Of a stretch of DNA of 64,000 nt, positions 58,439-64,000 are shown in pieces (within the stretch, counting starts at the first letter, position 1; each line of letters opens with the position of its first letter). Under the pieces are notes generated by a model, which worked only from the letters and a program-made list of their open reading frames with translations, searched no databases and was not told the DNA's origin. Made by a program: the position numbers and the translations under genes. The DNA comes from an uncultured Acidobacteriota bacterium (GTDB lineage Bacteria; Actinomycetota; Acidimicrobiia; Spongiisociales; ZC4RG35), in contig CAWKEI010000010.1 of assembly GCA_963848695.1 (NCBI GenBank), positions 4,905 to 68,904 on the forward strand, given 5' to 3'.

Positions 58439-59266
58439 GTGAGCCCCTACCGCGCCTCGGCCGGCTTCACCGAGAGCTGGGATCACTTCGGGCTCGAGAT
58501 CGGAGATGGGGTGGCAACTGTCACCTTCAACCGACCCGAGAAGCTCAACGCCCTGACCTTCGACGTCTACGCAGACCTGCGTGACCTGATCGCCGAGATC
58601 GAGCATCGCGAGGACGTGCGGGTCCTCGTCCTCATCGGGACAGGGCGGGGATTCTGTTCCGGCGGGGACGTCAACGAGATCATCGGCCCTCTCCTCGAAA
58701 TGGACTCGAAAGGCCTGCTCGAGTTCACCCGCATGACCGGCTCGGTGGTGGAGCGGATCCGGCGGCTTCCGATGCCGGTCATTGCGGCGGTCAATGGGGT
58801 GGCCGCGGGGGCAGGGGCGGTGATCGCCCTCGCTGCCGACCTGAGGGTCCTTGCCGAATCCGCATCGTTCAGCTTCCTGTTCACCAAGGTCGGGCTTGCC
58901 GGAGCCGATATGGGCTCGGCGTACCTCCTGCCACGGGTGATCGGTCTGGGTCGGGCGACAGAGCTGCTGCTTCTGGGCGAAACGGTCGACGCGGATCGAG
59001 CGGTGACCATTGGTCTTGCCTCCAGGCTCGTGGCCGACGACGAGTTGAAAGAGGCGGCCGGGTCGCTGGCCCGGGAGCTTGCCTCGGGCCCTGCCCTGGC
59101 CTACGGAGCCACCAAGGTGCTGATCAGCCGCGAGCTGGACATGGACCTCGGCTCGGCCATTGAACTGGAGGCGTTCACCCAGGCGTTGTTGATGACGACC
59201 GAGGATCACAGCGAGTTCTATCGAGCCTTCACCGGCAAGCGCCCTCCGGAATGGAAGGGCCGATGA
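58439..59266 (+). CDS. enoyl-CoA hydratase/isomerase family protein
   Basis: Crotonase fold with oxyanion-hole motifs IAAVNGVAAGAG and GLAGADMGSAYLLPRVIG. Confidence 0.85.
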   Translation: MSPYRASAGFTESWDHFGLEIGDGVATVTFNRPEKLNALTFDVYADLRDLIAEIEHREDVRVLVLIGTGRGFCSGGDVNEIIGPLLEMDSKGLLEFTRMTGSVVERIRRLPMPVIAAVNGVAAGAGAVIALAADLRVLAESASFSFLFTKVGLAGADMGSAYLLPRVIGLGRATELLLLGETVDADRAVTIGLASRLVADDELKEAAGSLARELASGPALAYGATKVLISRELDMDLGSAIELEAFTQALLMTTEDHSEFYRAFTGKRPPEWKGR

Positions 59267-59658
59267 GCCGGCATCGTCTCGTGAATCCAGGCGACCTGGC
59301 GCCGGCCCTTGGCTTCTCCCATGGCGCCGTTCCGGCCGATGGTCGGACCATCTACGTCGCCGGCCAAACCGGTCACTATCAAGACATGACCATCGACGAT
59401 GGGATCGTCGAACAGTTCGCCCGGGCCTGTCGTGCGGTGGCCACCGTGATCGAAGAGGCGGGAGGGGCGCCGGACGATTTGGTATCGATGACGATCTACA
59501 CGACCGATGTCACCGGATACCAGGGGGCTCTGGGGCCGATCGGGGAGGCTTATCGGGAGGTGTTCGGCAAGCACTTCCCGCCGATGGCCCTGATTGGGGT
59601 CGCCGAGCTCTTCGACCCCAAGGCGAAGGTGGAGCTGGTCTGTGTCGCGGTGGTTTGA
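59263..59658 (+). CDS. RidA/YjgF family reactive-intermediate deaminase
   Basis: ~131 aa, YVAGQTG...DMTIY..D RidA pattern. 4-nt overlap with the crotonase gene. Confidence 0.8.
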   Translation: MSRHRLVNPGDLAPALGFSHGAVPADGRTIYVAGQTGHYQDMTIDDGIVEQFARACRAVATVIEEAGGAPDDLVSMTIYTTDVTGYQGALGPIGEAYREVFGKHFPPMALIGVAELFDPKAKVELVCVAVV

Positions 59659-59702
59659 AAACGGGGTGCCGCTCGGCCGGGGCTGCCGCTCCGAGGCAAG
59701 AC

Positions 59703-60827
59703 CTAGAGCAGCTCCAGGAGACGGTCGACGTCTTCTTCGTCGTGATAGACCCCGAAGCCGATGCGGAGCCGGTCACCGCGGAAGTCGGTGATGACTCCCT
59801 TGTCGTGCAGTTGCTGGTAGATCTCTCCGGCGCTGTCGGACCGGAAGGTGAGGAAGTTCCCCCTTCGGCCGGCGTCGCTGACCAACAATTCGCCCAGTGG
59901 CGGGTTGCCGCCGAGGAACCTCTCCTGGAGAGAGACGGCATGGCGGTGGATGTCGGAAGGGGTGACTCCCTCGGACTCGAGCCATTCCAGCACCGCCTCC
60001 ATTCGATAGATCCCCGATGGGTCGAAGGTGGCCCCGAAGAATCTGGATCCGTCGGAGCCATATGGGATGACCTCGCTGACACCCGATTCGAGCTGGCCAA
60101 AGCCGGCATACCAACCGGTATCGAGGGGTCTTGGGCCATACCCGGGAGGCGAATGCAGAAAGCAAGCGCCCTCGCCCGCCATGGCGTATTTGTACCCGCC
60201 GGCCAGGAAGAAGACCCGGTCCTGGATCGCCCCCAGATTGACGGGCAGGGCCATGAAGGCGTGATACCCGTCGATGACGATGAAGGTGCGGTTCTCCGGG
60301 ACCGATGAGACGACCTGGTCGAGGTCGGGCACCGCGAACCCCGAGTCGAACAGCACCTGGCTCAGATAGATCAGGTCATGGGCCCCGGCCCTGGCCTCCC
60401 GGGTGAATCGGTCGCCGAACGACTCGAATGGCTCGGTCGGGATTCGATCGACGATGGCGAGCCCGGATTCCTCCCATCGCCGCGACTGCCGGTGGAAAGA
60501 GTGGAATTCGGCGTCGGTCGACAGGACGCGAACGGGTGGCTCGAGACAGGAGAAGATCCGGAGTAGGAACGAGTGGGTATTCGGCCCAAAGGCGAGGGTT
60601 TCGGGGTCGGCTAGACCGAGGATGTCGGCGACTCTCGAACCGGCGCCTGGGATCACTTGGGCGAAGATGTGCTCCCACTTGTCGTCCATCATCTCAGCCG
60701 CGTCGAGCCAGGCTTGTTGCTGTGCATCGAAGCTGATATCCGGCCAGGGATGGTGGGAGTGCGCCGCGAAATGAAGAAGATCCGGTCTGGCCCCGAGGAA
60801 CCGGGAGAAGTGAGGCTTGAGGTTCAT
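59703..60827 (-). CDS. kynU: kynureninase (PLP-dependent, class V aminotransferase fold)
   Basis: LAGGYKYAMAGEGACFLHS segment with the PLP-lysine in the YKY context, 374 aa. 4-nt overlap with the TDO gene. Confidence 0.65.
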   Translation of the reverse strand: MNLKPHFSRFLGARPDLLHFAAHSHHPWPDISFDAQQQAWLDAAEMMDDKWEHIFAQVIPGAGSRVADILGLADPETLAFGPNTHSFLLRIFSCLEPPVRVLSTDAEFHSFHRQSRRWEESGLAIVDRIPTEPFESFGDRFTREARAGAHDLIYLSQVLFDSGFAVPDLDQVVSSVPENRTFIVIDGYHAFMALPVNLGAIQDRVFFLAGGYKYAMAGEGACFLHSPPGYGPRPLDTGWYAGFGQLESGVSEVIPYGSDGSRFFGATFDPSGIYRMEAVLEWLESEGVTPSDIHRHAVSLQERFLGGNPPLGELLVSDAGRRGNFLTFRSDSAGEIYQQLHDKGVITDFRGDRLRIGFGVYHDEEDVDRLLELL

Positions 60828-61909
60828 CCCTCGTACTTGAACCGCATCGACTCCACGATGCCGTCGGGTAGTGGAGGTCGATCGGCTCTAGGGATGAGGA
60901 AGGTGGAGAGGTTGTACAGGTCGGCGAAGATCCGGCTTCGCTCCGCCGATTTCTCCAGGTACTTGGCTCCGGCCGACCCGCCGGTGCCGATTCGCCGCCC
61001 GATCATTCGCAGGACCATCTGGGCGTGCCGATAGCGCCACGAGGTGAATCCCTCATCGATGTCCATGAGCAACTCGAGAAGCCGGTAGGGCTCCTGGAGG
61101 GCCGGTTGGTCGCGGTAGAGAGTGATGAATAGCGCCGCCTGGAAAGCCCGGTGAGAGAGGCGTCGCTTCCCGGCGGCCTGCTGTTCGGCGTGCTTGGCGG
61201 GATCGAACAGCGCCTCGTACTGCTCCATCGTCGACTCGAAGTCCTTGAGCTGGTTTGCCTTCTCCTCGGCCGTCAACCTCGGGTTGGTCTCGACCACCTC
61301 CCGGTCGGCCTCCAACCGCTGCTTCACCGCCTTTTGGAAGGCGTCCCAGAATGAGAAGTCCTTGTGGTCGAGGAACGGCGTGCGCTCCAGCCAGCCCTCC
61401 ACCAGGTCGAACACCGATGGCTCACTCTCGCTGGCTGCCACGGCCGCCATGTCGTCGGGGTTGAAGCGGGAGGTGTAAACGGCGCCTCCCAACTTCATCC
61501 GGTCTCCTGAACGGAGGCCGAGTTTGTTCTCCACCACGCGGAATTGAGCGGACTGGAAGCCCGAGGCCGGGAAGAGGTAGTCGCGGAAGTCGAGGAAATC
61601 GAGGGGGGTCATCGTCTCGAGGACCGACACCTGCTGGATGAGGAGCTTCTGGATCTCGGAGATGCGGCGCAGCAGTGAGACAGCCGAGCCCATGTCGGCC
61701 TCGTCGACGATGCCCTGGCCGAAGATGCGTCTCACCTCGTCCAGCTCCCAGAGAATCTGTTTGAACCAGAGCTCGTAGGCCTGGTGGACCACGATGAACA
61801 GCATCTCGTCGTGGACCGTGTTTCCGGCCCTCGTGCTCTCCAGGTCCTGGGCGTCGAGGAGCTTTTCGAGTCTGAGATAGCTCCCGTAATACAGGTCCCG
61901 GTCCATCAC
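60824..61909 (-). CDS. kynA: tryptophan 2,3-dioxygenase, long eukaryote-like form
   Basis: YGSYLRLEKLLDAQ, HDEMLFIVVHQAYELWFKQILWELD, TMTPLDFLDFRDYLFPASGFQSAQFRVVENKLG and WRYRHAQMVLRMIGRRIGTGGS align almost residue-for-residue with animal TDO2. Confidence 0.9.
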   Translation of the reverse strand: MMDRDLYYGSYLRLEKLLDAQDLESTRAGNTVHDEMLFIVVHQAYELWFKQILWELDEVRRIFGQGIVDEADMGSAVSLLRRISEIQKLLIQQVSVLETMTPLDFLDFRDYLFPASGFQSAQFRVVENKLGLRSGDRMKLGGAVYTSRFNPDDMAAVAASESEPSVFDLVEGWLERTPFLDHKDFSFWDAFQKAVKQRLEADREVVETNPRLTAEEKANQLKDFESTMEQYEALFDPAKHAEQQAAGKRRLSHRAFQAALFITLYRDQPALQEPYRLLELLMDIDEGFTSWRYRHAQMVLRMIGRRIGTGGSAGAKYLEKSAERSRIFADLYNLSTFLIPRADRPPLPDGIVESMRFKYEG

Positions 61910-61954
61910 CCGGACGGTACCCGTCTGTCTACCTGCTCCACCGCTTGCGAGAGC

Positions 61955-62818
61955 TCACGTCGCCAAGCCTCCAGGCTCTGTCGTCCTGTCGATGAACTCG
62001 ATGATCGTCGCCCAGTATCGGTCAGGCGTGTCCATCCACGTGAAGTGGCCGGCTCCCTCGAAGATCTCGAGCTGCGCAATGCCTTCGGGCAAGGCGCCGA
62101 CGATCTCCTCGGCCGCGGCGACAGGTGTGACCGGGTCGAGATCGCCGACCGAAACCATCGTCGGAGATTCAATACGACGGAGCTGAGCGACGATGTCGAG
62201 TTGGCGGACGAGGTCCATACCGAGCGAATTGAGCTCGAGGTTCTTTGGCGTATTCGCCTTGCGCTCTTTGTCCGGCAGGTGTGGGCCGAAGGCGGTGAAG
62301 ACGCGATCCCACTCCTCGTCGCTTACCGACTCGCCGGCGTAGCTGCGCCTCGCGATCTCCGCGACCTCGTCGCCCGCGACCCGGCGGAACCCCTCGACCA
62401 CTCGGGCTGCGTCCCAACGGGCAAATCCCGATTGAACGACCAGCCCCGCGGCATGACCAGGGTGACGGGCGCCGTAGAGGAGGACGATCGGTGCGCCCAT
62501 CGAGTGCCCCAGGACGATGGGCCCGGCTATTCCGAGCGCGTCGCAGAACAGGCGAATGTCATCGGCGCATGCTTCAAGACTCCACGCGTCTGTGTCGCCC
62601 CAATCCGACCGCCCGTGCCCGCGCTGATCGAGGTAGACGACCTGGGCATGGTTGGCGAGCCGGCTGAAGTCCGGCTTGAAGTACGTGTGGTCATAGGTGC
62701 CGGGGCCGCCATGGACCAGCAGCACGGTCGGCCGCTGCCGCATCTCGCTGCCATCCGGCACCAACGCCGGCCCCTCCGAGTCGAACCACAATCGGATGCC
62801 ATTCACGTCGATGTGCAT
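61955..62818 (-). CDS. alpha/beta hydrolase (proline-iminopeptidase-like fold)
   Basis: HGGPG oxyanion motif, nucleophile elbow GHSMGA. First gene of the TDO-kynureninase operon. Confidence 0.75.
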   Translation of the reverse strand: MHIDVNGIRLWFDSEGPALVPDGSEMRQRPTVLLVHGGPGTYDHTYFKPDFSRLANHAQVVYLDQRGHGRSDWGDTDAWSLEACADDIRLFCDALGIAGPIVLGHSMGAPIVLLYGARHPGHAAGLVVQSGFARWDAARVVEGFRRVAGDEVAEIARRSYAGESVSDEEWDRVFTAFGPHLPDKERKANTPKNLELNSLGMDLVRQLDIVAQLRRIESPTMVSVGDLDPVTPVAAAEEIVGALPEGIAQLEIFEGAGHFTWMDTPDRYWATIIEFIDRTTEPGGLAT

Positions 62819-62840
62819 CAGCGTTGATACCGCCTATCAC

Positions 62841-63650
62841 TCATGTCCCGTCCGCCTGTCCGCACCACTCGTCCGACCGCTCCCACAGCTCCCGGGCCAG
62901 GTCGTCGTCTTGGGCTTGGGCCGAGGGAGGAAGCCGGGATCGCTGTTGGTAGTAATGGCCGCTCTCCGATGCCACCGCCTGGGAGAGGGCGCACCAGAGC
63001 ACAGTGTCTGCACCCTGTTCCGGAGTGAGCATGCTGGAGCCTGAGAAGGCCCGGACCGGACCGGGTATCAGCCGGGTTCGAACCAGACCGGGATGGACGG
63101 CATAGGCGCGTAGCGCGGGGTTGCGGCGGGCCAATTCCCTGATGAAAAGGACGTTTGCCAGCTTCGATACCGCGTATTCGGCCAGCCCGATGAGAGCGGT
63201 CGGTCGCCGCACTCGAGCGAAATCGACGCCATCGGCTCGGAAGTGCATGGCACTGGTCAGCGACACGACCCGGCTTCCTGGTCTCAGATGGGGGAGGAGC
63301 TCTCGGGTCAGGAGAAAGTGGCCTAGATGGTTGATCCCGAAATGGGCTTCAAACCCATCCTCGGTGAGCCCGCGGCGATTGACCCCGATCCCGGCATTAT
63401 TGACCAGGATGTCGAGATCCCGGCCCATGTCGGCGACGCTCTGTGCGGCCGTCCGCACCGAGGTCATGGAGGCGAGATCGAGCTCGAGGAACTCTGCGCT
63501 TCCCCCTCGCGCCGTTATCTCGTCCAGGACCGGCCGGACGCGCTCCGCCGAGCGACCGGCCGCGATCACATGTGCGCCCCCATCGGCCAACCCGATCGCG
63601 GTGGCGCGGCCGATCCCGGAATTGGCACCGGTGACCAGGGCGATCGGCAT
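62841..63650 (-). CDS. short-chain dehydrogenase/reductase (SDR)
   Basis: TGANSGIGRATA cofactor motif, catalytic Y-x3-K (YAVSKLAN), 269 aa. Confidence 0.85.
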   Translation of the reverse strand: MPIALVTGANSGIGRATAIGLADGGAHVIAAGRSAERVRPVLDEITARGGSAEFLELDLASMTSVRTAAQSVADMGRDLDILVNNAGIGVNRRGLTEDGFEAHFGINHLGHFLLTRELLPHLRPGSRVVSLTSAMHFRADGVDFARVRRPTALIGLAEYAVSKLANVLFIRELARRNPALRAYAVHPGLVRTRLIPGPVRAFSGSSMLTPEQGADTVLWCALSQAVASESGHYYQQRSRLPPSAQAQDDDLARELWERSDEWCGQADGT

Positions 63651-63708
63651 CGCGGCAACCTAGCCCCCAACTGACTGGCCAATCCATGGCCCCGCATAGC
63701 CTGTTCCG

Positions 63709-64000
63709 GTGCACATCACCGCCGACAAGTTGGTCGACGCCTTGAGCGACCGTGGATATCGGATCACCAATGCCCGTCGTGCGGTATGCGAGGTGGTGGC
63801 GGCGGCCCACGATGAGCATCTCAGCGCCGCCGACATCTACGACCGGGCGCGGTCCATGAGCGAGACTCGTATCGACCGGTCCACCGTGTACCGGACCCTC
63901 GAGGCTCTCGAGGATTCCGGGTTGCTCGCCCATTCGCACATGGGCCACGGGCCGTCGGTATATCACCTGGCCGAAGATTCCGGTCATCAGCATCTGATCT
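63709..64000 (+). CDS. Fur-family metalloregulator, N-terminal part (gene continues beyond window end)
   Basis: My translation from GTG: VHITADKLVDALSDRGYRITNARRAVCEVVAAAHDEHLSAADIYDRARSMSETRIDRSTVYRTLEALEDSGLLAHSHMGHGPSVYHL... Fur/Zur wHTH plus His-rich metal site. Divergent from the SDR gene. Confidence 0.6.
   Translation, partial: MHITADKLVDALSDRGYRITNARRAVCEVVAAAHDEHLSAADIYDRARSMSETRIDRSTVYRTLEALEDSGLLAHSHMGHGPSVYHLAEDSGHQHLI

Noticed and set aside
63055-63075. GGGTTCGAACC, a tRNA T-arm-like motif
   Set aside because: It lies inside the SDR coding sequence, with no acceptor or anticodon stem context. No tRNA was called.

Overview
High-GC (~68%) actinobacterial-type chromosome segment, probably Actinomycetota (GuaB3-like IMPDH, a DUF222/HNH '13E12-like' gene, a mycothiol-type maleylpyruvate-isomerase-family protein). 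Most of the window is core metabolism, read in order. (1) 5' end of a GH51 alpha-L-arabinofuranosidase gene truncated by the window edge, divergent from moaA. (2) A minus-strand Fbp/Afu-type ABC importer operon (lipoprotein SBP, double permease, ATPase and a co-transcribed polytopic membrane protein) with an 18-bp perfect palindrome in its promoter region. (3) surE followed by a small SmtA/BmtA-like metallothionein ORF that is absent from the ORF track. (4) A frameshifted PfkB sugar kinase. (5) An 11-gene nuoABCDHIJKLMN complex-I operon with no nuoE/F/G (no NADH-dehydrogenase module in the operon). It is interrupted between nuoK and nuoL by a ~100-nt hairpin-forming repeat; a second copy, with 9-bp terminal inverted repeats, lies at 55.9 kb. 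(6) A housekeeping block: DHFR-like protein, fxsA, serine hydrolase, GNAT, NUDIX, LCP protein, trpS, CPBP protease, guaB3-like IMPDH, guaA, pcrA. (7) A sulfite-oxidase-like molybdopterin domain fused to a pentapeptide-repeat domain. (8) An orphan CheA-like hybrid kinase (Hpt-HATPase-CheW-REC) followed by a classical sensor kinase, with no MCP, CheW or CheY gene nearby. (9) A small accessory-looking patch: DUF1905 protein, a 108-aa minimal K+ channel (TTIGYGD filter), a membrane alpha/beta hydrolase and a frameshifted DUF222/HNH gene. (10) tal, a standalone B12-binding domain protein, sucCD, a LemA/DUF2207 pair (poly-Gly tail) with an M15 peptidase, hutH-hutI with an O-methyltransferase, an acyl-CoA dehydrogenase, a crotonase and RidA. 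(11) A kynurenine-pathway cluster (alpha/beta hydrolase, eukaryote-like long TDO, kynureninase), then an SDR and the start of a Fur-family regulator. No rRNA, tRNA or CRISPR was recognised. I counted coordinates by hand from the ORF track, so several starts are +/- a few codons.
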